Assembly (NCBI GenBank): GCA_005805305.1
Contig: SYMW01000029.1
Coordinates: forward strand, 1-54,850
Direction: 5' to 3'
Length of the DNA: 54,850 nucleotides
Origin: Verrucomicrobiales bacterium
GTDB lineage: Bacteria; Verrucomicrobiota; Verrucomicrobiia; Limisphaerales; F1-80-MAGS106
Below are positions 9,731 through 18,800 of this stretch, in pieces. Made by a program: the position numbers and the translations under genes. A model generated the notes under the pieces. It was not told the origin of the DNA. It searched no databases and saw only the letters and a program-made list of their open reading frames with translations. Every line of letters begins with the position of its first letter. Positions within the stretch are counted from its first letter, which is position 1.

Positions 9731-10566
9731 TGAGGCGAAGCGTTCTCCAAAAGACAGTTCCAAGCGTGCTTTCGATCGCTGGCTCCGACAGCGGAGGGGG
9801 CGCGGGTGTCCAGGCCGATCTCAAGACATTCGCCGCTCTAGGGACACACGGCACAACCGCCATCACGTGCATCACGGCCCAAAATCCTGCGGGCGTGATG
9901 GGGATCCAAGCAATTAAATCGTCGATGGTGACGCTTCAATTGGAGGCTGTATTCGCTCAGCTCAAACCATCCGCGGTGAAGACTGGCATGTTGTTTTCAG
10001 CATCCATCATCAACGCGGTCGTTGAATGCCTGCAGGCCCATCGGGGTATCCCTCTGGTCGTGGACCCGGTGTTGGTCGCCACCAGTGGAGCTCCCCTGAT
10101 GGAGACGTCCGCATTCAAGGTTCTCCGCAAACGGCTCTTGCCGATGGCGACGGTGATCACTCCCAACACCGACGAAGCGGAGTGGCTCCTTGGCTTCAGA
10201 ATCCATACTCGCGACCACCTCAGGCATGCCGGAATGGAGCTGCACTCAATGTTCGGCTGCGCGATCCTCATGAAAGGCGGCCACTTGGCGGCGGCCCGAG
10301 CCAAGTGCGGCGGCGAGTCAACTCGCGCGGAACAAGGGGCGTTGGATTTCTTTTTCGATGGGAGAACGGAGACCTGGCTCGAGGCGCCTTTCGTCTCGAA
10401 CGTCTCCACACATGGAACTGGATGCGTTCTTTCCGCGGCCATCGCCGCCCATCTGGCACGGGGGATGACGCTCACGAAGGCGGTGGTGGAGAGCAAGAAA
10501 GTGGTTAGCCGGGCGATTGCCAGAGGAGTCCTCTGCCGAAGCCACGATGTGCTCTGGCCTTTTTAG
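9730..10566 (+). CDS. thiD: hydroxymethylpyrimidine/phosphomethylpyrimidine kinase
   Basis: VLSIAGSDSGGGAGVQADLKTF, VVDPVLVATSG and C-terminal THGTGCVLSAAIAA are ThiD hallmarks. The ATG overlaps the upstream TGA by 1 nt. Confidence 0.9.
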   Translation: MRRSVLQKTVPSVLSIAGSDSGGGAGVQADLKTFAALGTHGTTAITCITAQNPAGVMGIQAIKSSMVTLQLEAVFAQLKPSAVKTGMLFSASIINAVVECLQAHRGIPLVVDPVLVATSGAPLMETSAFKVLRKRLLPMATVITPNTDEAEWLLGFRIHTRDHLRHAGMELHSMFGCAILMKGGHLAAARAKCGGESTRAEQGALDFFFDGRTETWLEAPFVSNVSTHGTGCVLSAAIAAHLARGMTLTKAVVESKKVVSRAIARGVLCRSHDVLWPF

Positions 10567-10624
10567 TCACGGACTCCAGGCTTGGTCTCTGCTCAAAAAA
10601 TCTGCCCCGCGGGAGCCCTGTTAT

Positions 10625-10785
10625 CCTCAAAACGGCAGTGGCCCAAGGTGAACGTTCGCAAAATCCTGGCGATAAATTTTTTCCGAATCACCCACCAGAT
10701 CGACAAGGGATATGCATCCCGCTTCGTCAAGCCTTTCTCTTCCAGGCTTCTGCAAATCTACACGAGGATCAACCGCCGTTTAAGG
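10625..10785. mobile_element. MITE-like element, copy B (161 bp, TIRs, 5-bp TSD GTTAT)
   Basis: TIRs are CCTCAAAACGGCAGTGG (10625-10641) and CAACCGCCGTTTAAGG (10770-10785). Direct GTTAT at 10620-10624 and 10786-10790. Colinear with copy A over its whole length. Confidence 0.75.
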
Positions 10786-10786
10786 G

Positions 10787-12355
10787 TTATTTCGCGAATT
10801 CGACAAAACGAGTCTCCCGCACGACGGTCACCCGAATTTGACCGGGGTACTGGAGTTCGTCCTCGATCCTGCGAGCAACGCCACGCGCCAAGGCCACCGC
10901 TTGCTGATCTGTCACTTCGGATGGTTTGAGAAATATGCGCAACTCCCGCCCGGCTTGAACCGCGAAACACTGCTGCACTCCATGAAAATCGGCGCCGATC
11001 CGCTCGAGATTTTCCAGGCGTTTCAGATAAGTCGTCATGCTTTCAGAACGCGCTCCAGGTCTCGAGGCGCTGATGGCATCCGCCGCACTCACTAGAATAC
11101 CCAGGATCGTCGTGTGCGGCACCTCGTCGTGGTGCGCCGCCACTCCGTTCACCACGTCGTCTGGAACGCCATGCCGTTTCAGGAATTCCGCTCCAACCAC
11201 CGCGTGGGAACCCTCGACTTCGTGAGTTAATGCCTTGCCAATATCGTGAAGAAGTCCCGCCTTTTTCGCTGGAGCGACTTCCACTCCGAGTTCCGCGGCT
11301 ATCAAACCCGTCAAATGGGCCACCTCGATGGAGTGATCCAGAATATTTTGAGAAAAGCTATGCCTGAAACGGAGGCGTCCCAACAATTGGACGATCGCGG
11401 GATTCATCGGAGCAAGGCCCAGCTTGAACACGGCGCTTTCTCCCGCGCGCATGATTGTTTCATCCATCTCTTCCTTCACTTTCGCAACGACTTCCTCGAT
11501 GCGCGCGGGATGGATGCGCCCGTCCAGAATAAGGCGGTGCATGGACTCTCGAGCGATCTCGCGCCTGACCGGATCAAAAGCTGAGAGGACCACCGCGTTG
11601 GGAGTGTCATCAATCAGGACCGTGACTCCGGTGGCAGCTTCGAATGCTCGAATGTTTCTGCCTTCGCGGCCAATGATTCGTCCCTTGTTATCCTCTCCCT
11701 GCAACGCCACGGTGGTCGTGGTGGTCTCGAACGTATGCTCGCTGGCATAGCGTTGAATCGCAATTCCAACGATGCGTCGCGCTTGATCCTCGGCGCGGGC
11801 TTTCGCATCTCGGACCACGCGGCAAACCAGTTTATTGGCATCCTCCAGAGTCTCCTCCTCAACTTCCTTCAGGAACGCGGCCTTGGCTTCTTCATGCGTC
11901 ATGCCAGAACTGCGCTCCAACTGCAACCGGCGTTCTGTGGCCAGGTCCAGGACGGTCTTCCGCTCGTTGGCTAGGGCTTCAGACTGCCGTTCCAACTCGG
12001 CTTGATGGCGTGCCAGCGATTGCTCCTGCCGGACCAAGCCTTCAATCTGCTGATTGATCAGCGCTTCGCGCTGCGACACCCGCTCCTCGACGGAATCCAA
12101 CTCCGCCCGCCTCGCGCGGCTGGATTCCTCCGCTTGATCCCGAAGCTTCATCGACTGCTCCCCCGCGACGATTCGGGCTTCTCGCAATATTGAGTCAACC
12201 TCGCGCCGAGCCTCCTCCAACACAGACCGCTCTTCCACACCCGAGGCACGCCTTTCGGCGGAGGCGCGCCATCGGAAGAACAGAAATCCGGTAAGGCAAC
12301 CCAGCAACCAGGCGCCCACTAAATTCATCGCGATGACTAGTTCAGCGAACAACAT
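10787..12355 (-). CDS. rny: ribonuclease Y
   Basis: N-terminal TM helix, long coiled coil, KH domain (GREGRNIRAFEAATGVTVLIDDTP) and HD domain (HSIEVAHL...GLLHDIGKA). ATG at 12355; the track begins one codon earlier at TTG. Confidence 0.93.
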   Translation of the reverse strand: MLFAELVIAMNLVGAWLLGCLTGFLFFRWRASAERRASGVEERSVLEEARREVDSILREARIVAGEQSMKLRDQAEESSRARRAELDSVEERVSQREALINQQIEGLVRQEQSLARHQAELERQSEALANERKTVLDLATERRLQLERSSGMTHEEAKAAFLKEVEEETLEDANKLVCRVVRDAKARAEDQARRIVGIAIQRYASEHTFETTTTTVALQGEDNKGRIIGREGRNIRAFEAATGVTVLIDDTPNAVVLSAFDPVRREIARESMHRLILDGRIHPARIEEVVAKVKEEMDETIMRAGESAVFKLGLAPMNPAIVQLLGRLRFRHSFSQNILDHSIEVAHLTGLIAAELGVEVAPAKKAGLLHDIGKALTHEVEGSHAVVGAEFLKRHGVPDDVVNGVAAHHDEVPHTTILGILVSAADAISASRPGARSESMTTYLKRLENLERIGADFHGVQQCFAVQAGRELRIFLKPSEVTDQQAVALARGVARRIEDELQYPGQIRVTVVRETRFVEFAK

Positions 12356-12408
12356 CAAACTGGAGTTTCAAGGGATGAACAAGCCAGCCATGCAACCTCA
12401 TATCCCTT

Positions 12409-13029
12409 TCATGAGCGGGCTGCGGCGCCACGATGGGGGGGCGCAAAAGACATCAATCGCTCAGGAGTGACCAAAAAATCCATCATGACGTCATGCGCCT
12501 CGAGGGGAATTTCCGGGCAAAGCTGCTCTTCAAACGCAACCCCGCAGGTCGTGGCCGAGACACGGGCCAGCACACGGTCATAAAATCCACGCCCCCTGCC
12601 CAGGCGGACCCCGGACATATCAAACCCTAACCCAGGAACCAGAACCAAGTCCAGTTGGTTCCACGGAACCACAGAACACCACGACTCGGGTTCCCTCACA
12701 CCGAATCGGCCTTCCCTCAGCTCCCGATCTTCCCCATGAATCTCCACCGGCAGGTATTCTCCCGCGTCTTTTTCAAATCTAAGCAAAGCCGTCCTCAATC
12801 GGGCCGCCACACGGCCCTGGATCCACGGCCAAATGTCCGGCTCGTCTGCCAGTGGCGAGTAGCCCAGGACGAATCTCGAGTCCCGGACCATGTGCAACTC
12901 GTTCAGACGGCATCTCACCCGGGCGGACAGGGCACGTCTGCTGTCCGAATCCAGGGAACTTAAGGCGCCCTTCAGCCGCTGCCGAAGCAGGGCCTTCCGA
13001 GAGCCAATCCCGTCATTTTCTGGGGCCAT
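12409..13029 (-). CDS. 5-formyltetrahydrofolate cyclo-ligase
   Basis: LVPGLGFDMSGVRLGRGRGFYDR and the C-terminal HDVMMDFLVT pattern. ATG at 13029 (GTG at 13041 is possible). Overlaps the end of rarA. Confidence 0.85.
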   Translation of the reverse strand: MAPENDGIGSRKALLRQRLKGALSSLDSDSRRALSARVRCRLNELHMVRDSRFVLGYSPLADEPDIWPWIQGRVAARLRTALLRFEKDAGEYLPVEIHGEDRELREGRFGVREPESWCSVVPWNQLDLVLVPGLGFDMSGVRLGRGRGFYDRVLARVSATTCGVAFEEQLCPEIPLEAHDVMMDFLVTPERLMSFAPPHRGAAARS

Positions 13030-14380
13030 CGGAGGCTTCACGCCACTTCGCTAACCGCTCTTTGATCTTGATCTCGGCGCCCTGGGCCGCGGCTTCGTAA
13101 TATTTCTTTGACGCCCCCATGTAGTCCTGGGACGCGTGGTGCCCCGGAAAATCGTGCGGGTACTGATATCCCGCCCCATGACCAAGGCGCTTGGCCCCCA
13201 GATAACTCGCATCTCGCAAATGGTCAGGAACCGGGAGTGTGCGCCCCCGCCGGACATCCTCCAACGCGGCGTCGATGGCCTTGTAGGCACTGTTGCTTTT
13301 GTGCGCGGTCGCGATGTAGATGGCCGCTTCGGCGATGGGGATTCGAGCCTCTGGCCATCCAACATATTCCGCCGTTTGATGCGCCGCGAGCGCGAGCACC
13401 AGCGCCATTGGATCCGCCAACCCAACATCTTCGGCGGCGCAGATTAGAATCCTCCGCGTGATGAACCGCGGATCCTCCCCCGCGTGAATCATTTTTGCCA
13501 GCCAGTAAAGGGAGGCATCTGGGTCGCTCCCCCGCATGGACTTAATGAAGGCGGATATTGTGTCATAATGCGCATCTCCATCGCCGTCATAAACGACAGC
13601 CTTTTTCTGTATGCACTGCTCGGCGACAGCTAGCGTGATCCGCACCACACCATCAGCACCAGGTTCCGTCGTCAACGAGGCAATCTCCAACGAGTTCAGC
13701 GCCTTGCGCCCATCCCCCTCGCAGACACGGGCAAGGTGACGGATGGCTGCATCCTCCACTTGCAGAGACATAAACCCAAGCCCGCGCTCGGAATCGCCCA
13801 TGGCCCGGCGCAAGAGATTGGCAATTTCCTCCTCTGTCAGCGGGCGGAGCTCGAAAATCTGGGAGCGTGAAACCAAAGGGGAATTCACGAAGAAGAATGG
13901 ATTATGCGTGGTGGCTCCAATCAACCGCACCGTTCCCGCTTCGACGTCCGGAAGCAAAACATCCTGCTGAGCCTTGTTGAAGCGATGGATTTCATCGATA
14001 AACAGGATCGTTGGCTTCCCGGTGTTTGCCAGCCTATTCGAGGCTGCGGCCAATACGCGGCGCAAATCACCAACGTTGGATTCTACCCCGCTGAGACGTT
14101 CGAATCGCGCGCTCGTGCCGGCGGCTATCACCCCAGCGAGTGAAGTCTTCCCAGTTCCCGGAGGTCCGTAAAAAATGAGCGATTGGATCCGGTCAGCCTC
14201 GATTGCTCGACGCAGCAAGTGACCCGGGCCCAGCATGTGCGTCTGGCCCGCGAACTCCTCGAGGCAACGAGGCCGCATCCGCTCGGCAAGAGGAGCGCCT
14301 TTGCCGCGCGTCGGATCCGGCTCCGGATTTCTGGCGGACGCCTGTGCCGGAGCGGGGGCAAAAAGATCCGATTTCAACAT
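13013..14380 (-). CDS. rarA: replication-associated recombination protein A (AAA+ ATPase)
   Basis: Walker A GPPGTGKTSLA, Walker B ILFIDEIHRFNK, and the conserved MgsA C-terminal domain (SDPDASLYWLAKMIHAGEDPRFITRR). Confidence 0.93.
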   Translation of the reverse strand: MLKSDLFAPAPAQASARNPEPDPTRGKGAPLAERMRPRCLEEFAGQTHMLGPGHLLRRAIEADRIQSLIFYGPPGTGKTSLAGVIAAGTSARFERLSGVESNVGDLRRVLAAASNRLANTGKPTILFIDEIHRFNKAQQDVLLPDVEAGTVRLIGATTHNPFFFVNSPLVSRSQIFELRPLTEEEIANLLRRAMGDSERGLGFMSLQVEDAAIRHLARVCEGDGRKALNSLEIASLTTEPGADGVVRITLAVAEQCIQKKAVVYDGDGDAHYDTISAFIKSMRGSDPDASLYWLAKMIHAGEDPRFITRRILICAAEDVGLADPMALVLALAAHQTAEYVGWPEARIPIAEAAIYIATAHKSNSAYKAIDAALEDVRRGRTLPVPDHLRDASYLGAKRLGHGAGYQYPHDFPGHHASQDYMGASKKYYEAAAQGAEIKIKERLAKWREASDGPRK

Positions 14381-14401
14381 GCGATCAATCCAATGCGAGC
14401 T

Positions 14402-14435
14402 TCAAAAAAAGAAACCCCACCGTAATGCCGTGGGG
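14402..14435 (-). terminator. rho-independent terminator (minus strand)
   Basis: The minus strand reads CCCCAC-ggcattacg-GTGGGG followed by TTTCTTTTTTT. It lies 22-55 nt upstream of the rarA start, so it must end a minus-strand transcript coming from 14.44-14.95 kb. Confidence 0.6.
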
Positions 14436-14946
14436 AACAGTTCCTGTGAACTTGATTGAAACAGGTGGAACCCACTCGTCAACTTTCGACTTCCAGTCAA
14501 GGCCTGTCGGCAGTTGATTGAAGCAAGGGCTCCGGTATGGGATGTTTACGGTCCAAGGACTTTGTTTCGGTACACGAACATGGCAGGGTTAAATTCTTTC
14601 GTGATGGCCCAAATCCAGTGCCAAAGAACAAGGAGGCCGCACGGTGGATTCATGACCTCGCCAGCGACCACTCTTAAGACGAAAGGATCGCCGAATCCAG
14701 CCCTCGACTCAAGAAAAAAAAGGGCCTGACTTGGTTGAATTTTGCCATCTCTCCCTCCAGCCGCTTGATTCTTTTCGCAGTTGAACTCAGTAAAGAGTTG
14801 CAAGAGTCTTGAGCAGCCACAAATGGAGGGGATACACCTCTCCACCGGGTTGCCTGGCAAACGAGATCGGCGGCCAACTCCGCATCGACCAGGAAAACTC
14901 TCACTTTGCGCAAGCATCGGCCCTGGAAACTTGGTAGAAACATTCC

Positions 14947-15822
14947 GTGCATCGAATAGGCATCATAGGAGGAAGCGGCCTCTACAATCTTGAAGGTCTC
15001 ACTCATCAGGAATGGGTCACCGTCAGAACTCCATTCGGAAAGCCATCCGATCAATTGCTCCATGGAGCATTAGGAAATAGGGAAGTCGTTTTCCTGCCTC
15101 GACACGGGCGAGGGCATCGAATCCTTCCGTCCGAGCTGAATCATAGAGCCAACATCTACGCGCTCAAGAAGAGGAATGTCTCTTGGATCATCAGCGTCAG
15201 CGCTGTCGGTTCGCTCCAGGCCCGCCACCGACCGCGCGACATCGTGCTGGTCGACCAGTTCGTGGACCACACAAAAAAGTCGCACGAACACACTTTTTTC
15301 GGTCAAGGAATTGTGGCCCACATTGCCTTTGCTGATCCTACTTGCGGGGAACTGCGAGCGATTCTTTCTCGCGTCGCAAGACGGAAAGGAATCCGCGTTC
15401 ATTCCGGTGGCACTTACTTGAACATGGAAGGACCGGCGTTCAGCACGCGAGCGGAATCGGTCACGCATCACGAACTCGGCTACGATGTCGTGGGCATGAC
15501 AAATTTGGGCGAGGCGCGATGCGCCCGGGAAGCCGAGATCGCCTTTGCCACGATGGCGATGGTCACCGATTATGACAGCTGGAAAGCTGGCGAGGAATCC
15601 GTGAGCGTGGAATTGGTGGTTCAGAACCTCGTAAGAAACACGGAAACAGCGAAGAAAGTAATCGCTGACGCCATCGCGGAGATACCCGTCACACCCTCCT
15701 GCTCGTGCCATACGTCCCTCGATTCGGCCATCATGACCCCCGAAACGCAATGGCCCAAGAAAACCGCGCGCAAGCTTGCGGCTATACTCTCAAGGCGCGC
15801 TCAACGGAGGATCTCCAGCTAG
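14947..15822 (+). CDS. mtnP: S-methyl-5'-thioadenosine phosphorylase
   Basis: IGIIGGSGLY, FLPRHGRGHRILPSELNHRANIYALK and GMTNLGEARCAREAEIAFATMAMVTDYD are the MTAP family pattern. GTG start. Confidence 0.9.
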   Translation: MHRIGIIGGSGLYNLEGLTHQEWVTVRTPFGKPSDQLLHGALGNREVVFLPRHGRGHRILPSELNHRANIYALKKRNVSWIISVSAVGSLQARHRPRDIVLVDQFVDHTKKSHEHTFFGQGIVAHIAFADPTCGELRAILSRVARRKGIRVHSGGTYLNMEGPAFSTRAESVTHHELGYDVVGMTNLGEARCAREAEIAFATMAMVTDYDSWKAGEESVSVELVVQNLVRNTETAKKVIADAIAEIPVTPSCSCHTSLDSAIMTPETQWPKKTARKLAAILSRRAQRRISS

Positions 15823-17963
15823 GACTTTCCGACAACTTCCTTCTCACCCGGCTTTTCCCCGGTTTGATTCGAATAGTGGGACGCGTAGTAGCGATTCTGG
15901 TAGTAATAATAGGAGTAGTAATAGGAGTCGCGCCCTTCGAAGTCGATGTCGTTGAGGACAATCCCGGCGATGTTAACGCCGGCATCCTGGATCCGGCGAA
16001 TGGACTTTCTCGCGTGCTCTCTTCGGATCTTATTGAACTTTGTCACGAACACGACCCCGTGCGATGCGGCGGCGACGACCAGTGGATCGCTGACGGCTGA
16101 GACAGGGGGACAATCGAGATAGACGCGGTCATAGCGCGCGGCCACTTCCTTCAAGAACTGCACCATGCGGGGCGAGGAAACGAGTTCCGATGGGTTAGAA
16201 GGAGCTGCGCCACAGCAAATCACGTCTAGATTCGGAACCTCGCTGTGATGCACGATATCATCCAGGCGGCTGGTTTTCCCGGAAAGGTAGGACGCAAGAC
16301 CGATGGGGCTTTGCAGTTGGAAAGCCTTGTGAACGAAAGGACGGCGAAGATCGCAATCCACGAGCAAGGTCTTAAACCCAGTTTGAGCCGTCACAATCGC
16401 CAGATTTGTCGCAACCAGCGACTTGCCCTCTAAAGGGATGGTGCTCGTAACAGTCAATACTCGAAGCTTGTCGGCATTGTGACTCAGAGCGATGGCCGCT
16501 CGCACAGTGCGAAACCCTTCCGAGGAATTAGATCGCGGCTGCAAATGCGTCTGCAGGTCACGCTCCACGATGCTGTTGGCTTTGATGTTTTGCACATAGC
16601 CCAGAAACGGCAGCTTGAGATATGCCTCGATGTCGTCCTGGCTTTTGATGGAGTCATCCAGGAAATTCACGAAAAATGCCAGACCCAAGCCCACGCACAT
16701 GCCTCCAAATACTCCGAGCAACAAAGTTAAGGAAACGCGGGGTTTGACTGGGTTTCTTGGACGGATCGCGGGATCCACCATACTGATGTTTTGTTTCGCG
16801 TCTCGCGAAGACAATTCCACTTCCTGCTTGCGTTTCAAAACCTCCGTGTAGGTCAGTTTGGTCTGCTCGGCGTTGCGCTCCAAGACATTGAAATCAACTT
16901 TTTTCTTGCCGAGCACAAAGGCCGCCTTCTCGCTGGCCGCCAGCACCTCGGCAAAGCTTTTGACCTTGGCATTGGCCAACACGGCTTCGTTCAAAATGGA
17001 TGCGTACACGGTTTCTGATTCGTCCTGGATGCTTTTCTTTAATTGATCCAGCCTTTCCTTGGTCTGAATCACGGCAGGCCATTTGTCTCGATACTGTTTC
17101 TTTAATCCCGCCAAGCTCACCTCCAGCAGGCTCAACTCCTTCCTGTAAGCGGAAATGTTGGGATCCGAGGCGATCTTCGGAATGGAATCGAGCGATTGAC
17201 CCGAGGCGCGCAGCTTTCGAACTTCCAGCGCGATATTATTGAGGACGGTCGCCTCGCCTTCGGCCCGATCTAAATCCTGCTTCGCTTGGCGCAACTGCTG
17301 CAGCACGATGTTTTCATCAGAACTCAAGGAAACCAACTTGTTGTCTTCGCGATATTTCTGAAGCTCGGAGTCAGCCTGCTTCACTTTGTTCATCAAGGTC
17401 GCTTCCTCGTTCTGCAGCCAAGTCAGAAAATCCAGTGAAACTTTTCTTTTCCGATCCAAATTGTTCATCATGAAAATGTCAGCCACGGTATTGGCCACAT
17501 CCATCGCCAGTTTGGGATCCGGATCCTCAGCTTTGATCTCGACCAACCGGCTCAACCGAATCGGCGCGATCGTGATGCTTCTGGTCAATGCGAGAGCTGG
17601 ATCGGCGCTCTTTGCAAAGCGGCCTTCCTTGTCCAGCTTCAACTTTGCGACCACGGCCTGCATCAAGGTCCGGCTTTGCAAATTCTTCTGCTGAGTCACC
17701 ATGTAATCGACTTCGCGCGTGCTGCTGGCAAACCCGCCGTCTCGCGCGTTCAGCATGTTCTCGAATTCACGATCGATCTGAATTCGGGCGGTGGCCTGAT
17801 ATACCGGCGTCGCTTTGAATAGATAAATAAGACAGAGCGCGAACACCGAGAAAAAGGCGGTGATCACGAGCCAGCGACGCTCCAGCACCACGTGCCAATA
17901 GTGCCGGAGATTAACGGTTTCCTCGGGGGGCTGGTTGGCTGCTCCAAGACTTTCGGATTGCAT
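15819..17963 (-). CDS. polysaccharide co-polymerase / BY-kinase (Wzc/GumC-type tyrosine autokinase)
   Basis: N-terminal Wzz-type chain-length domain with 2 TM helices and a coiled coil. C-terminal P-loop ATPase (TSTIPLEGKSLVATNLA, VDCDLRRP). Tyr-rich tail (DSYYYSYYYYQNRYYASHY). Confidence 0.85.
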   Translation of the reverse strand: MQSESLGAANQPPEETVNLRHYWHVVLERRWLVITAFFSVFALCLIYLFKATPVYQATARIQIDREFENMLNARDGGFASSTREVDYMVTQQKNLQSRTLMQAVVAKLKLDKEGRFAKSADPALALTRSITIAPIRLSRLVEIKAEDPDPKLAMDVANTVADIFMMNNLDRKRKVSLDFLTWLQNEEATLMNKVKQADSELQKYREDNKLVSLSSDENIVLQQLRQAKQDLDRAEGEATVLNNIALEVRKLRASGQSLDSIPKIASDPNISAYRKELSLLEVSLAGLKKQYRDKWPAVIQTKERLDQLKKSIQDESETVYASILNEAVLANAKVKSFAEVLAASEKAAFVLGKKKVDFNVLERNAEQTKLTYTEVLKRKQEVELSSRDAKQNISMVDPAIRPRNPVKPRVSLTLLLGVFGGMCVGLGLAFFVNFLDDSIKSQDDIEAYLKLPFLGYVQNIKANSIVERDLQTHLQPRSNSSEGFRTVRAAIALSHNADKLRVLTVTSTIPLEGKSLVATNLAIVTAQTGFKTLLVDCDLRRPFVHKAFQLQSPIGLASYLSGKTSRLDDIVHHSEVPNLDVICCGAAPSNPSELVSSPRMVQFLKEVAARYDRVYLDCPPVSAVSDPLVVAAASHGVVFVTKFNKIRREHARKSIRRIQDAGVNIAGIVLNDIDFEGRDSYYYSYYYYQNRYYASHYSNQTGEKPGEKEVVGKS

Positions 17964-17973
17964 GGGAGTTGAC

Positions 17974-18570
17974 TTAAAAAATGGACTCGCCGATCTCGAT
18001 CAAATCATTGGCTTCCAGCCAAAACTTCTTGTCGTCATCCTTCATGTTTTTCAAGTCATCGTATCGAAAGTTTTGAATCTTGCCGTTTCGAGTGACCTCG
18101 ATCTTGCTCTTGCTGGCGCTCTTGGTGAGCCCACCCGCGAGGGCTATGATTTGCGGGATATCCGTCTTTTGCTCCACAGAGAGCTCGTAGACCCCGGGCT
18201 TCGCCACAGCTCCAGACACGCTCACTCGCCGCGACCGGTATTCTTTCATCGAAACAATCACTTGGGGATTGATGATATAGTCCTTATCGAGCAGGGTGCG
18301 AATCAGATCCTCGACTTCTGCTGGAGTCTTGTTCACCACTTTGATGGGTCCCAAATAAGGGTATGTAATGGTGCCGCCCGACGTCACTTTGCGGAATATG
18401 CCTTGCTGTCCCTCGTTCAACGAGGGTTCTCCCACGACACTGATCACAATACTGTCCTCGGGCGCCAAGCGGTAATCCGATTGCGACCTAGGGGCCGGAG
18501 GCTTTTCTTGCCCCATCCCGCTGGTCGAGATCAGCAAGCTGGCTATTAACATCAATGAAACGATTCTCAT
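17974..18570 (-). CDS. polysaccharide export outer-membrane protein (Wza-like, Poly_export + SLBB)
   Basis: Signal peptide MRIVSLMLIASLLISTSG, DYRLAPEDSIVISVVGEPSL and a C-terminal SLBB-like segment. I prefer the ATG at 18570 because the signal peptide starts there; the track start is 18606. Confidence 0.85.
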   Translation of the reverse strand: MRIVSLMLIASLLISTSGMGQEKPPAPRSQSDYRLAPEDSIVISVVGEPSLNEGQQGIFRKVTSGGTITYPYLGPIKVVNKTPAEVEDLIRTLLDKDYIINPQVIVSMKEYRSRRVSVSGAVAKPGVYELSVEQKTDIPQIIALAGGLTKSASKSKIEVTRNGKIQNFRYDDLKNMKDDDKKFWLEANDLIEIGESIF

Positions 18571-18800
18571 TTCTAAAAATGGGCGAAATTCAAAAATACC
18601 TATCATGCAACTCTATCCACAGGAGACAGGGAGTCAATAGGAGATCCCCGAAGCGAGCGTGTGATTCACCTGCCCAATAATCGCGTCTGATCCGAAAAAC
18701 TGGAGAGCAGGAAGCAAGCCAAGACGTTCCCGCCCTGCCATCGATCTAAAAAGAGAAACAAGACAGACCGCGAAAACCTTCAGGAAAATGACAGAACCAT

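Noticed and set aside
9700-9735. TPP riboswitch upstream of thiD
   Set aside because: The thiD start overlaps the stop of the preceding gene, which leaves no leader where a riboswitch could reside.
14440-14946. tmRNA, RNase P RNA, SRP RNA, or a SAM/SAH riboswitch upstream of mtnP
   Set aside because: None of the conserved cores I know are present on either strand. I looked for the GGGGCUGAUUCUGGAUUCGAC-type 5' end and T-arm/CCA end, GAGGAAAGUCCGGGC, GGAAGCAGCCAAGG, and the SAM-I GGCAACC/AGAGGGA pairing. The region is kept only as an unexplained gap.
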